DNA of 64,000 nt from an uncultured Spirochaetota bacterium (GTDB taxonomy: Bacteria > Spirochaetota > Spirochaetia > Treponematales > Rectinemataceae). Positions 26,318-36,392 of this stretch are shown here, piece after piece. The DNA is taken from NCBI GenBank assembly GCA_963778775.1, contig CAVZVX010000041.1, forward strand, positions 2,959 through 66,958, given 5' to 3'. The stretch's first letter is position 1. The number at the start of each line of letters is the position of its first letter. The notes below the pieces were generated by a model. It made no database searches and was not told where the DNA came from. It worked only from the letters and a program-made list of their open reading frames with translations. The translations under genes and the position numbers were made by a program.

Positions 26318-26659
26318 ATGGCGAAAAAAGGCACGAGTTATACCCATGAGACTTATAACCTTGAAACAATAAAGCGGCTCATCCGAAGCAGCTCACGAAA
26401 AATTACGACGTTGGCAAGGCTCAACGCTTATAATCTTCGGTATAGCGTAGGTGAGGTTTATGAAATCGTGTCGAGGCTCGAAAAAACGCACTTCCATAAG
26501 ACAATGGAAGCGGAAAAACTTCCGGGGTCGGGCCTTTTCCAGGACGTTTACAGATTCCCGGATCGGGGGCTGGACCTCTACGTGAAGGTTCAGATTATAG
26601 ACGAAGGAGGAGAGCGGGAAGCGAAGGTAATTGATTTCAAGGAATGGGGTAAGGAGTAA
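26318..26659 (+). CDS. mqsR: MqsR-family toxin
   Basis: ...EKTHFHKTMEAEKLPGSGLFQDVYR...LYVKVQII...VIDFKEW parallels E. coli MqsR (…FYKSMTTYSDHTIWQDVYRP…LYLKITVI…IVSFKEK, from memory). ATG 26318 preferred over GTG 26303. Confidence 0.8.
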   Translation: MAKKGTSYTHETYNLETIKRLIRSSSRKITTLARLNAYNLRYSVGEVYEIVSRLEKTHFHKTMEAEKLPGSGLFQDVYRFPDRGLDLYVKVQIIDEGGEREAKVIDFKEWGKE

Positions 26660-26709
26660 TTTGGGAAGATACAGAGTTTCTAATCAAGTCCAAAGGACGG
26701 GATTCAAAT

Positions 26710-27198
26710 ATGACCAAGAAGAACGATATTCGTTGTACGGAGTGCGGCGGGCCCATGATTCGTGAGACCCGAAAATTGATCTGGACGTATCGAGGCCGGA
26801 AAATAGAATATATTCAGCCGGGGCTTTTCTGTACGAAGTGCAACAACGATAGTCTTTCGGATAAAGATGTCGCGGCTACCGAGAAAAAACTCTTCGCCTT
26901 CCGCAAAAAGGTCGATGCCGAACTTGATCCGCTTTTGCCGCCCTCCCGTATTAAATCGCTTCGTGAGGCTCTCAACCTATCACAAAAGATGGCGGGTGAG
27001 CTTTTCGGCGGCGGCCCCATGGCCTTTTCAAAATATGAACGCGGGCAGTATAAGCAGCCTGCATCAACCGATATTCTTCTCCGGCTTCTTGAAAGTGGGA
27101 AAATCACGCTAGGGGATATAGAAGCTATAAGAAAGAAAAAAATCAATCATAAGGCCAGGGTCGCGCACAAACAACCGCAGCATCATGCTTCCACATAG
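26710..27198 (+). CDS. mqsA: MqsA-family antitoxin (N-terminal zinc ribbon plus C-terminal XRE HTH)
   Basis: CTECGG...CTKCNN zinc-ribbon pairs. IKSLREALNLSQKMAGELFGGGPMAFSKYERG is an HTH. Confidence 0.85.
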   Translation: MTKKNDIRCTECGGPMIRETRKLIWTYRGRKIEYIQPGLFCTKCNNDSLSDKDVAATEKKLFAFRKKVDAELDPLLPPSRIKSLREALNLSQKMAGELFGGGPMAFSKYERGQYKQPASTDILLRLLESGKITLGDIEAIRKKKINHKARVAHKQPQHHAST

Positions 27199-27199
27199 A

Positions 27200-27286
27200 G
27201 AAGAGCCGGGCCGCAATCAGCGTAACCTGGCTCTTCTTACCGATGAGGAACTCCGCGCGATGGGCGTCGAACCGCCGGTGGATTGA
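27200..27286 (+). pseudogene. 3' fragment of a paralogue of the 37640..37861 gene
   Basis: Ends ...LTDEELRAMGVEPPVD-stop, compared with ...NEDEELRAMGVTPPLD-stop at 37861. Confidence 0.45.
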
Positions 27287-27305
27287 AGCACCGCGCAAGT
27301 GTAGC

Positions 27306-28046
27306 CTACTGCACGAACCTATAGCCCATCCCCCACACGGTCTCTATATGGCTCGGATCGGAAGGATCGGCCTCGATCTTCTCGCGGAGTCGCCTGATGT
27401 GCACGGTCACGGTGGAGACTTCGCCGTAGGTGCCTTCGCCGCGGACTCGCTCGAATATCTCCTCGCGGCTGTAGACGCGGCCCGGAGAGGAGGCCAGGAG
27501 GACGAGTATCGAGAATTCGGTGGCGGTGAGCTGGACGGTCCTGCCGGCGACGCTCACGGACTTCTTCTCGAGGTCGATCACGACGTCGCGCGCGAAGATG
27601 GCGTTCCCGGGGGATCCGCCCGCGGGCGCGGCGCCGAGGAGGCGCTCGTAGCGCTCTATGTGGGCCTTGGCCCTCGCGACGAGCTCCGCCGGGCTGAAAG
27701 GCTTGGTCACGTAATCGTCGGCGCCGAGTCCGAGGGCGCGCACCTTGTCCATGTCCCCGTCGCGCGCCGAGACGATGAGGATGGGCCGTTCGGTGCGGGA
27801 GCGCAGCTCGCGGCAGATGGCGAATCCGTCTGAGCCGGGAAGCATCAAGTCGACGATATAGAGGTCGAAGGCGCCGTCGGGGACGGTGGCCTGGGCCGTC
27901 GCGAGGGCGGCGCCCCCGTCCGTCTGTATGGACGCCGAGAAGCCGGCCGCCTCGAGGTAGTCCCGCTCGAGCTCGGCTATCGCGCGATCGTCCTCGACGA
28001 TCAGGGCTCGCGGCGCGGGCCGCGCCGCTCCTTCCGGGCCGTTCAT
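27306..28046 (-). CDS. OmpR-family response regulator
   Basis: Receiver domain ALIVEDD...DLYIVDLMLPG...KPF, and a winged helix ...LTATEFSILVLL...VWGMGYRFVQ. Confidence 0.9.
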   Translation of the reverse strand: MNGPEGAARPAPRALIVEDDRAIAELERDYLEAAGFSASIQTDGGAALATAQATVPDGAFDLYIVDLMLPGSDGFAICRELRSRTERPILIVSARDGDMDKVRALGLGADDYVTKPFSPAELVARAKAHIERYERLLGAAPAGGSPGNAIFARDVVIDLEKKSVSVAGRTVQLTATEFSILVLLASSPGRVYSREEIFERVRGEGTYGEVSTVTVHIRRLREKIEADPSDPSHIETVWGMGYRFVQ

Positions 28047-29578
28047 GAGCTGGCCTCCTGGAGGGGCAGGACGATATTGAAGACGGCGCCGCCCCTTTCG
28101 CCGCGAGCCGCGGATATCGTGCCGCCGTGGGCCTCGACTATCTGCCTCGCTATCGCGAGGCCGAGTCCGAAGCCCGAGCCGGTGCGGGAGGGATCGCCGC
28201 GGAAGAAGCGGTCGAAGACGCGATCGAGCTCCGCGGGCGGGATGCCGCGGCCGTCGTCCTCGAAGGAAAAGAGGACGCGCGGCGAAGCGCCTGCCTTGGG
28301 CTCGACCCTGGATATGGAGAAGCCGATCGATACCGGCTTCCTGCCGGAGTGCCGCAGCGAGTTGTCGACGAGGTTCTCCGCGACGCGCCTGAGCTGGAGC
28401 GGATCGGCGAGGACGTACAGAGGGTCGGCGTCGGGGGGGACCACGAGGCCGGCATCGGAGAAGAGCGCTTCTTCCGGGCCGTGCGCGAGCCTGAGGTCCT
28501 CTATCGAATCGCGGAGGAAGGCCCTCAGGTCGATTCGCCTGAGCTCGGGAGGCGCCGCCTGGGCCTCCAGGGTCGAGAGGAGGAAAATCTGGCCGATCAT
28601 GCGGTCGAGGTCCTGTATCTTCTGGTCGACGACGTCGAGGTAGCGCTCGCGCTTTTGGGGCGTATCGGCAATGCCTTCGCGAAGGCCGTCGACGTAGCCT
28701 CGGATGGACGAAAGAGGGGTGCGCAGGTCATGCGAGAGGTTGGCGATGAGCTCGCGACGGTCGGTTTCGCGGTCCCGCTCCCTCTGGAGCAGGTCCCTGA
28801 TCTTGGAGCGCATGGTCTCGAGGGAGGCGAAGACGCGGGACAGCTCGAGGATCTGGTCGCCCGCGACGGGGGTATCGAGGTCGCCCGAGCTCATGGCGAG
28901 GGCCGCCGACTCGACGCGTCTCAAGGGGCCCGTAAGCCGCATGATGAAGTAGACGCCGGCCGCGCCGTCGGCCGCGAGGAGCATGAGGGCGACGATGAGG
29001 AAGAGCTGCCGCCCGAAGGGCGGGCGAGAGCCCTCGGGATGGGGAACGCTGAGTATGAATATGGAGGCCGGAAGGCTGGAGGAATCCATGAAATCGAGCT
29101 GGAGGAATACGTGGGAATGAACCTCTCCCTCCGGGAAGGGCTGATCGGTCGCGGGGGCGCCGAAGGGAGGGAGGCGCGCCAGGTCGTCGCCGTCCAGGCG
29201 TGCGGAGCTGAAGGCCACGTGCTCGCCCAAACGCAAAACGATTCCGAAGGGGGCCGCGGCGATGGCGAGGGACCTGAGGAAGCTCGGATCGGAGAGGCGC
29301 TCGGGTCCGTCGAGGAGGGCCGCGTTGAGCATTCGAAGCACCTGCGAAATGGTGCGCATGCTCCTTCCCGGAGAGGGCGCGGGCTGGAAGAAGCGCGTGA
29401 TCGGGCTCGACTCCCCGCGGTAATAGCCGGTGATGATTTCGTTATAGCTGGCGAATAGGGCAAAGGCCATCACCATCGTGAGCGCGAAGAGCGCCAGCAC
29501 GAGATTGCGGATCGATCGGGGCTTGGTCCTCATCCTAAATAGTATAATAGCACCGAGATCCCGACCCCGCGCGCGCAT
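28043..29578 (-). CDS. Sensor histidine kinase (two TM segments, HAMP, HisKA, HATPase)
   Basis: H-box LSHDLRTPLSSI, N-box/G-boxes DDGRGIP and GFGLGLAI. Overlaps the regulator gene by 4 nt. An internal start near MRTKPRS is possible. Confidence 0.85.
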   Translation of the reverse strand: MRARGRDLGAIILFRMRTKPRSIRNLVLALFALTMVMAFALFASYNEIITGYYRGESSPITRFFQPAPSPGRSMRTISQVLRMLNAALLDGPERLSDPSFLRSLAIAAAPFGIVLRLGEHVAFSSARLDGDDLARLPPFGAPATDQPFPEGEVHSHVFLQLDFMDSSSLPASIFILSVPHPEGSRPPFGRQLFLIVALMLLAADGAAGVYFIMRLTGPLRRVESAALAMSSGDLDTPVAGDQILELSRVFASLETMRSKIRDLLQRERDRETDRRELIANLSHDLRTPLSSIRGYVDGLREGIADTPQKRERYLDVVDQKIQDLDRMIGQIFLLSTLEAQAAPPELRRIDLRAFLRDSIEDLRLAHGPEEALFSDAGLVVPPDADPLYVLADPLQLRRVAENLVDNSLRHSGRKPVSIGFSISRVEPKAGASPRVLFSFEDDGRGIPPAELDRVFDRFFRGDPSRTGSGFGLGLAIARQIVEAHGGTISAARGERGGAVFNIVLPLQEASS

Positions 29579-29673
29579 ATGGCCTTACTTTTTCATTAAC
29601 GCCCGGGCCCGCCGCGGTACTTGCCGGAGGGGGCCCCAGCCGTCCATACTCGAAGTCGCGGAGGAAGCAGGTC

Positions 29674-30165
29674 ATGTCTAGCGTCGTATCACTGGCCAAT
29701 CTGATCGAGCGAGGCGGGGTGTACTACAACATCGCCGGTTCCAATCCGGTAGAGGTCCTCAACGAGGCGACGAAGGCGCTATCCCTGCCCAAGTCCCTCG
29801 ATCGCGAGAATCTCCTTACCGCGATCCTCGAGCGCGAGGCCCTGATGCCCACCGCCCTCGGCCACGGCGTCGCCATACCCCACCCGCGCAACTCGATGCT
29901 CACCGACCCCGCCGCCCAAAGGGTGGCCGTCTTCTTCCTCAAGTCTCCGATCGCGTACAACGCCCTCGATCGCAAGCCGGTTACGGTGCTCTTCCTCATA
30001 CTTTCCGCCGACGCGAGGAGCCATCTGGCTACGCTCGCCGCCGTCTCCCACCTCTGCCAGCGCCCGGAGTTCCTCGAGTTCCTCGCCAAGCGCCCCTCCA
30101 AGGAAGAGCTCGTCGCGCGCATCGCCGAGGCCGAGGCCGCCTGGGCCAAGGCGGCGGAAGACTGA
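29674..30165 (+). CDS. PTS EIIA type-2 (PtsN-like) protein
   Basis: 163-aa ORF. ...REALMPTALGHGVAIPHPR contains the phosphorylatable-His motif. Confidence 0.8.
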   Translation: MSSVVSLANLIERGGVYYNIAGSNPVEVLNEATKALSLPKSLDRENLLTAILEREALMPTALGHGVAIPHPRNSMLTDPAAQRVAVFFLKSPIAYNALDRKPVTVLFLILSADARSHLATLAAVSHLCQRPEFLEFLAKRPSKEELVARIAEAEAAWAKAAED

Positions 30166-30186
30166 TCCCGAGACGGCCCCGCCGCT

Positions 30187-30940
30187 ATGGACGACCGCGG
30201 CCGCATCCTCGCAGCCTGCGCGGCATCGGCTCTGCTCCACGCTTCGTTGATCGTCCTCTTCTCATTGCCGGCGGAGCCTTTGCCTCGAGCCGCGCCTCCG
30301 ATGGAAGTCACCCTCCAAGCCGATCTGCCCGATGCGGCCGCGGGCGCCGCCGCATCGTCCGCGACCGCATTGTCCGCAAAGGTCCAGTCCGCGGCCCGGC
30401 CGGCGGCGGCCGTCCCGGCTGAACCCGCGGAACCGAAAAAAAACATCGTCGCGCCGGCTCAGGATCCATTCGAAGACGCCGCCGAGGCCATGGAGCGGGA
30501 AAGGACGCCGTCGTCGGCGCCGCCCGGCGAAAGCATCGAGCGCGATGCGGGGCCCCGGCGACTCTTTGGCCGCCGCCGTATCGGGCGAGGCGGCGGCGGG
30601 TGCGGCCGCGAGTCCCGGAAGCGACGGAGCCCTCGCGAACGCTCGGGCCGAAGAGGACCCCGGCACGGTCTTCGCCGCCCGTGTCGGCGCGGCGATCGAG
30701 GCGCGCAAGACCTACCCCGAGGCGGCTCGCCGCCGCGGCGCCGAAGGCGTGGTCCGCTTGAGGCTCCGTGTATCTTCGGACGGCCGGCTCGTGTCGGCGC
30801 GGCTCGCCGTCAGCTCGGGCTCGAGCCTCCTGGACCGCGCCGCCCTCGGCCTCGCCTCCTCGGTCTTCCCCCTCGACAACCCCGCCCGACGCGAGCTGGA
30901 ATTCGCGCTCGCGGTCAGGTATTCGCTCGAGGACCGATAG
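30187..30940 (+). CDS. TonB-family protein, split by a frameshift near a GGGGCCCC run
   Basis: N-terminal anchor ILAACAASALLHASLIVLF and a Pro/Ala-rich linker lie in one frame. The TonB C-terminal domain (…IEARKTYPEAARRRGAEGVVRLRLRVSSDGRLVSARLAVSSGSSLLDRAAL…) lies in the +1 frame. The junction is at about 30549..30556. Confidence 0.6.
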
Positions 30941-30955
30941 GTCGGGAGGATCCCG

Positions 30956-31417
30956 TCAGCCGAGCTTGCCCATGAGATCGGCCATCTCGAGCGCGGAGAG
31001 CATCGCGTCCCAACCCTTGTTCCCGCTCTTCACGCCGGCGCGCTCGAGGGCCTGCTCGAGGGTATCGCAGGTCAGTACCCCGAAGATGATGGGCCTGCCG
31101 GTCCGGAGGGATTCGGCGGCGACGCCCTTGGAAACCTCGGCCGCGACGTAATCGAAATGGGGTGTGCCGCCGCGGATGACGGCGCCCAGGCATACGACCG
31201 CGTCGACGCCCTTTTGGGCCATCCGGCCGGCGACGAGGGGTATCTCGAAGCTCCCGGGCGTACGGACGAGGGTCAGGTCCTTCTCGTCCCCGCCGTGGCG
31301 CGCGAAGCAGTCGAGGGCGCCCTCGATGAGTCGTCCCACGATGAGGTCATTGAAGCGCGCCGCCACGAGGGCGATTCTCTTTCCCTCGGCATTCAGAGTT
31401 CCTTCGATCCGGTTCAT
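30956..31417 (-). CDS. ribH: 6,7-dimethyl-8-ribityllumazine synthase
   Basis: [26 protein letters not shown]...GSFEIPL...GGTPHFDYV. Confidence 0.9.
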   Translation of the reverse strand: MNRIEGTLNAEGKRIALVAARFNDLIVGRLIEGALDCFARHGGDEKDLTLVRTPGSFEIPLVAGRMAQKGVDAVVCLGAVIRGGTPHFDYVAAEVSKGVAAESLRTGRPIIFGVLTCDTLEQALERAGVKSGNKGWDAMLSALEMADLMGKLG

Positions 31418-31431
31418 TCTTTGCCTCCGCT

Positions 31432-32695
31432 TCAGATCGCGTGACCAAGGCGGTCGCGCTTGGTTTCGATATAGCGCAGATTGCGCGGGTTGGGGGAAAC
31501 GAGGAGGGGAAGGCGCTCGACCACGTCGATGCCGTACTCCTCGAGGCCGGCGACCTTGTCGGGATTGTTGGTCAGGAGCCGCACCCTGGTCCGGCCCAGG
31601 AGCCTGAGCGCCTGGGCGGCTTCCCAGTAGTCGCGCATGTCGGAGGGGAAGCCCAGCCGAAGGTTGGCCTCCACCGTATCCAGTCCCTGGTCCTGCAGGA
31701 CGTATGCGCGCAGCTTCGCCGCGAGGCCGATGCCGCGGCCCTCCTGGTGCAGGTAGATCAGCGCCCCTTCCCCGGCCGCGTCGATGCGGCGCATGCTCTC
31801 CTCGAGCTGCTCGCCGCAGTCGCAACGCAGCGATCCGAGGAGGTCGCCGGTGAGGCATTCCGAGTGGACTCTGACGAGGAGCGGCTGGGTGTCGCGCTCC
31901 GGCGAGGCCGGCAGCGCCTCGAGGCTCTTTCCCTTCGTAAGGATGAGTATCCCCTGGCCCGAAGGACCGAAGGGCGATTCGACCTGGTGGACCGTGAAAT
32001 CGCCCGAGCGCGTGGGCAGGGCCGCGCTCGCGAGCGGTCGCAGCAGCCTTTCCCGGCGACGCCGGTATCGGACGATGTCCTCCACGCTGACGAGGGTCAG
32101 GCCGAGACGCGCCGCCGCGGCCTTCAGGCTTTCGCCCGAGGCCATGCCGCCGTCTTCCCGCATGATCTCGCAGATGACGCCGGCGGGAGGGAGAGACGCG
32201 AAACGGCAGAGATCTACGGCGGCCTCCGTGTGCCCGCGCCGCTCCAGGACGCCTCCCCCTCGGGCCACGATCGGGAAAATGTGTCCCGGCCGGCCTAGAT
32301 CCGCGGGGCGACAGTCGGGGTCGGCCAGGGCCCGCAGGGTGGCCGCGCGGTCCGCCGCCGATATTCCGGTGCTCGTGCCTTCCCTCGCGTCTACGCTTTC
32401 CGTGAAGGCGGTGCCATGAAGGGCGGGGCGCTTTTCGTCTGCCTGGATTCTCAGGTCGAGGCGCTCCGCCGCGGCCGCGTCGATCGCGCAGCAGATGAGG
32501 CCTCGCGCCTCTCGTGCCATGAAGTTCACGTCCCTGGGGCCCGACTTTGGCCGCCGAGATCAGGAGGTCCCCTTCGCTCTCGCGGTCCTCGTCGTCGCTC
32601 ACGATGACCATTCTGCCTGCCCGGATATCTTCTATCGCGCGCTCTACGCGCCCGAGGCCGAACGCGGCCGAGTCGACGGCATTCTGCGTATTCAT
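31432..32695 (-). CDS. ribBA: Bifunctional 3,4-dihydroxy-2-butanone-4-phosphate synthase / GTP cyclohydrolase II, with a frameshift in a GGGCCCC run
   Basis: N-terminus ...[25 protein letters not shown] lies in one frame. ...[16 protein letters not shown]...VHSECLTGD...CDCG lies in another. Removing one C at 32536..32542 gives [13 protein letters not shown], matching the RibB consensus. Confidence 0.85.
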
Positions 32696-33399
32696 CGGTA
32701 CCCCCAAGATTTCAGCTGTTCCATATCGATGCGCGGGCCGCCGCGAAGGACGATCCCGGCGGCGGTATCCGCTCCCAAAAGGGCCGCGACGGCCGCGTAG
32801 ACGTAGGAGGCCAGAACGTCGAGCTCGACGTTGACTTCGTCCCCCGCCTTCCTGTCCGATAGGCAGGTGGCGAGTCGCGTGCTCGGAATCACCGATATCC
32901 GAGCCTCGGAATTTTCGATGCCGGCCACCGTGAGGCTGATGCCGTCGATCGCGATCGAGCCCTCGGCCGCGACGCGGCCTGCCCATGCGGGATCGAGGTC
33001 GATTACGAGGAACCAGGCCTCGAGGGCTTCCCGCGGAGACGAAGACGTCGCCGCCGCCGCCGGTCCCCAGGACTTGATGCGGGCCCTTCCCGTCACGTGT
33101 CCCGTGACGAAATGGCCGTCCAGCCGGCCCGATGCACGGAGGGCGCGCTCGAGGTTGACGCGAGCGCCCGGCCTCATCCCGCGAAGGGTAGTCTTCTCGA
33201 GCGTGTCGCCGACGGCCTGGACCTCGAAGTCGTCCCTGCTGCGCGCGGTTACGGTAAGGCAGACCCCGTTCACCGCGATGGACTCGCCGATATCGAGAGC
33301 GGGAGTCAGGGTGGGGCAGCGTATTCCTATTTTCATTCCCGTCGCTTCGGCTCGAAGCGAGCCGATCGCGCCGACCTCCTCGATCAAGCCCGTGAACAT
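32692..33399 (-). CDS. ribE: Riboflavin synthase (alpha chain)
   Basis: [10 protein letters not shown]...[11 protein letters not shown]...[11 protein letters not shown] (duplicated lumazine-binding repeats). Confidence 0.9.
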   Translation of the reverse strand: MFTGLIEEVGAIGSLRAEATGMKIGIRCPTLTPALDIGESIAVNGVCLTVTARSRDDFEVQAVGDTLEKTTLRGMRPGARVNLERALRASGRLDGHFVTGHVTGRARIKSWGPAAAATSSSPREALEAWFLVIDLDPAWAGRVAAEGSIAIDGISLTVAGIENSEARISVIPSTRLATCLSDRKAGDEVNVELDVLASYVYAAVAALLGADTAAGIVLRGGPRIDMEQLKSWGYR

Positions 33400-34547
33400 C
33401 GCGCTTCCTCCTTCTCGGCCTCTTTCCTGCCGCGCGTCGCGTCGATGCGAGCGAAGCCTGCCCCCGATTCGAAATGGAAGTATTCGAACGCGATGCCGCG
33501 GTCGGGAGAAAGGACGCCCAGATCGCCCACCGCGGCTATGCCTTCGCCGAGTATCAGCGGCGCCACGAAGACGGTGAGCGCGTCCCAGAGCCCGCCTTTC
33601 AGGAGGGAGGTGACGAGGGCCGCTCCGCCCTCGACCATGACCGACCCGATCCCGTCGGCGTAGAGCGCGCGGAAGGCTCCCTTCAGGTCGGGCAATCCCC
33701 CCTCGTCGCGGCCGATCTCGAGGGCACGAAGTCCTTCGGCTCGGCATTGCTCCAGGGCGGGGCTCGCCGACGCGGCGAGGACCGTAGTTCCTTCCCGAAG
33801 CTCAGGCGAGAAGAGGCGGGAAGCCAAGTCGAGCGGCTGCCTCCCCGCAAGGACGAGTCTGCGGGGCATCGCGAGACCGGTGCTTTCAGCCGTCCGCAGG
33901 GTCAGCTGCGGGTCGTCGACGCGTAGCGTATTGGCGCCGACCATGATCGCGTCGTGGCCCGAGCGCAGGTTGTGCGACGCGGCGCGGGCGGCCTCGTTCG
34001 TGATCCATTGCGAGGCGCCGCCGCGGCAGGCGACGCGGCCGTCGAGGCTTTGAGCCCATTTAAGGCGAATGAAGGGGCGCTTGTCGCGGATCGAAACCGA
34101 GAAGGACTCGAGGAGGCCGGCGGCGCGGTCCGAAAGCAGGCCCTCCTCTACCGCGATGCCCGCCTGGCGCAGCCGCAGGGCGCCTCGGCCCGAGACGAGG
34201 GGATTGGGGTCCCTGCACGCGAATACTACGCGCTCGACGCCCGCGGCGATGATCGCCTCGGTGCAGGGCGGGGTGCGCTTTCCGTTCCCGGAGTGGCAGC
34301 AGGGCTCCAGCGTGCAGTAGAGCGTAGAGCCCGAGGGAAGCGTCGATGGAGAACCCGCGGCCTGGAGCGCGGCGGCGATGGCCGCGGCTTCCGCGTGGGG
34401 AGTGCCGGGGCCGTGATGATAGCCCTCGCCAAGGACGCGGCCGCCGGCGACGATCACCGCGCCCACCGCGGGATTGATTCCGGCCAGCGGCAGAGAGCGC
34501 CGGCCGAGCTCGATCGCCCCCTCCATGAAGGAAAGGTCGGAGCACAC
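33384..34547 (-). CDS. ribD: Bifunctional diaminohydroxyphosphoribosylaminopyrimidine deaminase / 5-amino-6-(5-phosphoribosylamino)uracil reductase
   Basis: FMEGAIELG...[10 protein letters not shown]...HAEAAA...LEPCCH (deaminase zinc motifs), plus a reductase half. GTG 34547 lies behind aggaagga; ATG 34526 is the alternative start. Confidence 0.9.
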   Translation of the reverse strand: MCSDLSFMEGAIELGRRSLPLAGINPAVGAVIVAGGRVLGEGYHHGPGTPHAEAAAIAAALQAAGSPSTLPSGSTLYCTLEPCCHSGNGKRTPPCTEAIIAAGVERVVFACRDPNPLVSGRGALRLRQAGIAVEEGLLSDRAAGLLESFSVSIRDKRPFIRLKWAQSLDGRVACRGGASQWITNEAARAASHNLRSGHDAIMVGANTLRVDDPQLTLRTAESTGLAMPRRLVLAGRQPLDLASRLFSPELREGTTVLAASASPALEQCRAEGLRALEIGRDEGGLPDLKGAFRALYADGIGSVMVEGGAALVTSLLKGGLWDALTVFVAPLILGEGIAAVGDLGVLSPDRGIAFEYFHFESGAGFARIDATRGRKEAEKEEARCSRA

Positions 34548-34617
34548 GATACGTTTCCTTCCGGGGCGGGGAGGAATGCAGGCCGATGGGGCCTGCATCC
34601 GAAATGAAAGGGAGTTC

Positions 34618-34747
34618 GATCTTTTCCCGTCCGGACTGTACCGTTGGCACCGGAGTCTCACCGGTTCAGTTCCGAGGTCTCCGTTGTGGAGCTCCGGAAG
34701 TAGCGGGCTGTACCGCCAGTGGGGAATTGCACCCCGCCCCAAAGATC
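34618..34747 (-). promoter_or_regulatory. FMN riboswitch (RFN element) leading the rib operon
   Basis: Minus strand reads GATCTTTGGGGCGGGGTGCAATTCCCCACTGGCGGTACAGCCCGC...CCGGTGAGACTCCGGTGCCAACGGTACAGTCCGGACGGGAAAAGATC. P1 is formed by GATCTTT/AAAGATC. A 9-bp hairpin (atgcaggcc/ggcctgcat) follows. Confidence 0.9.
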
Positions 34748-34848
34748 GATTCAAAGTTATTGCTTTTTCGGGGGCTCCGTCAATCCCTTCATCTCGCTCA
34801 GCCCCTCGCGCCATGGCGCGGCAGCTGCCGTTTTGCTATACTCCGTCA

Positions 34849-35256
34849 ATGGACGCCGACATCAGGTGGAAACAGAGACTCGCGAATTTCAAGAAGGCCT
34901 TCGCGCGTCTCGACGACGCGGTGCTTCTGTCGCGGCAGCGGAGCCTGAGCGATCTCGAGCGGCAAGGGCTTATCCAAGCCTTCGAGTTCACTCACGAGCT
35001 CGCCTGGAATATCATGAAAGACTGGTTCGAGTACCAGGGCAATACGGATATTTCCGGTTCCCGGGACGCGACGCGAGAAGCTTTCCGAATGGGGCTTATC
35101 CAGGACGGCGAAACGTGGATGGAGATGATCGGGAGCAGGAACCAGTCTTCACACACCTATAACATCGAGACGGCGGCGGAAATAGCGAAGGCCATCGATG
35201 ATCGCTATTGGCAGGCCTTCCGCCTTTTTCTCGAGGCGATGGAAGCGCGGGCATGA
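34849..35256 (+). CDS. Nucleotidyltransferase substrate-binding protein (HI0074-like, HEPN-related)
   Basis: MDADIRWKQRLANFKKAFARLDDAV...FEFTHELAWNIMKDW...SSHTYN. TGcTATACT box at 34835..34842 ends 6 nt before the ATG. Confidence 0.8.
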   Translation: MDADIRWKQRLANFKKAFARLDDAVLLSRQRSLSDLERQGLIQAFEFTHELAWNIMKDWFEYQGNTDISGSRDATREAFRMGLIQDGETWMEMIGSRNQSSHTYNIETAAEIAKAIDDRYWQAFRLFLEAMEARA

Positions 35257-35573
35257 CGAGCTCGGAATACGGCATCCCCGAGGACCGCCTCGCGAAACTG
35301 CTTGGGGTTATCTCCCGCGAGTCTAGAGTGGAAGCTATCGTCCTCTACGGCTCGCGGGCGAAGGGGAATTTTCGCGACGGATCCGATATCGATCTCTGCC
35401 TCGATGCTCCCGAGCTCGACTATTCTGCGCTCATGCGCCTGGAAGACGAGATAGACGACCTCCTCCTTCCCTGGAAGATCGACCTCGCCGTCAGGCAAAG
35501 GATCGACAATCCGCAGCTGATCTCCCATATCGAGCGGGTCGGCAAGACTCTTTTCAAACGCGGAACGGCATGA
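35253..35573 (+). CDS. Nucleotidyltransferase (HI0073-like)
   Basis: AIVLYGSRAKGNFRDGSDIDLCL NTase motif. ATGA overlap with the preceding gene. Confidence 0.8.
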   Translation: MTSSEYGIPEDRLAKLLGVISRESRVEAIVLYGSRAKGNFRDGSDIDLCLDAPELDYSALMRLEDEIDDLLLPWKIDLAVRQRIDNPQLISHIERVGKTLFKRGTA

Positions 35574-35717
35574 GAGCGAGCCAATGCGCGTCCTCCCTTT
35601 ACGCTCGAGAGATTCGCCTCGCACTCTCAGGATCCCTCGCCAGGATTTTGTGCGAGCGCGGCTGGAAGCATGCGGCGGATACGGTTGCTTGACGAGTCGA
35701 GTAATGTGTATTAATAT

Positions 35718-35933
35718 GTGTATAAAGAGGTGTATGTGCGTACCAATATCGACCTGAATGACGATCTCGTCGCCGAAGCATTCAAATATTCTGATGGGAT
35801 TTCCTCCAAGCGGGAACTTGTCGAAACGGCCTTGCTGGAATATGTCGAGAACCGCAAGCGAAAGAACTTGCAGGAACTAAAAGGCAGGATTCGGTTCAGG
35901 GACGACTACGATTACAAACCGATGAGAGCCTGA
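35718..35933 (+). CDS. vapB: VapB-type antitoxin
   Basis: VRTNIDLNDDLVAEAFKYS... N-terminus. The real start may be the GTG at 35736. The stop abuts the PIN gene. Confidence 0.7.
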   Translation: MYKEVYVRTNIDLNDDLVAEAFKYSDGISSKRELVETALLEYVENRKRKNLQELKGRIRFRDDYDYKPMRA

Positions 35934-35934
35934 C

Positions 35935-36333
35935 GTGGTCCTCGTCGATACTTCAATCATCATCGGTTATCTAAAAGGAAGCGGAGGGGAGGCCTATCGA
36001 AGGTTCGACGAAATGCTGGGTCAGGGGATCCCTTATGGAATCACCGGCCTGATCTATCAGGAAGTCCTCCAGGGCGCTCGAGACGAGGCTGAGTTCGCGA
36101 CTCTGAAGGAGTTTCTCTCCACCCTGCATTTCTTCGAGCTAAAGCTCGGTCGGGAATCATATGATCGCGCGGCTTATCTCTATTTCTCGTGCCGTAGATC
36201 CGGTATCACGGTCAGGAGCACGGTGGACATCCTTATCGCCGAGACGGCCATAGAGAACGAGGTTCCCCTTCTTCAGGACGATTCCGATTTCCTAAATATG
36301 GCCAAAGCGATAACGGCACTCCGTTTCTATTAG
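35935..36333 (+). CDS. vapC: PIN-domain toxin VapC
   Basis: VLVDTSIIIGYL (first acidic residue), ...QEVLQG..., ...VDILIAETA..., LLQDDSDF. Confidence 0.85.
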   Translation: MVLVDTSIIIGYLKGSGGEAYRRFDEMLGQGIPYGITGLIYQEVLQGARDEAEFATLKEFLSTLHFFELKLGRESYDRAAYLYFSCRRSGITVRSTVDILIAETAIENEVPLLQDDSDFLNMAKAITALRFY

Positions 36334-36392
36334 TGGCTTACAACGCGACATGGCGATGTTTAAGCTGAGTAAATTTCTCGGTAGAAATTCTT

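Noticed and set aside
17985-27300. Mobile element, prophage or ICE explaining the accessory patch.
   Set aside because: I found no transposase, integrase, relaxase or phage structural genes, and no terminal inverted repeats. Only gene-end duplications are seen.
30956-32986. 676-aa ORF spanning ribH and ribBA; also 50526..52685 (719 aa) and 32692..33747 (351 aa).
   Set aside because: Only the 3' parts correspond to real proteins (RibH, the Uma2-family protein, RibE). The upstream extensions are stop-free GC-rich read-through with no homology-like text.
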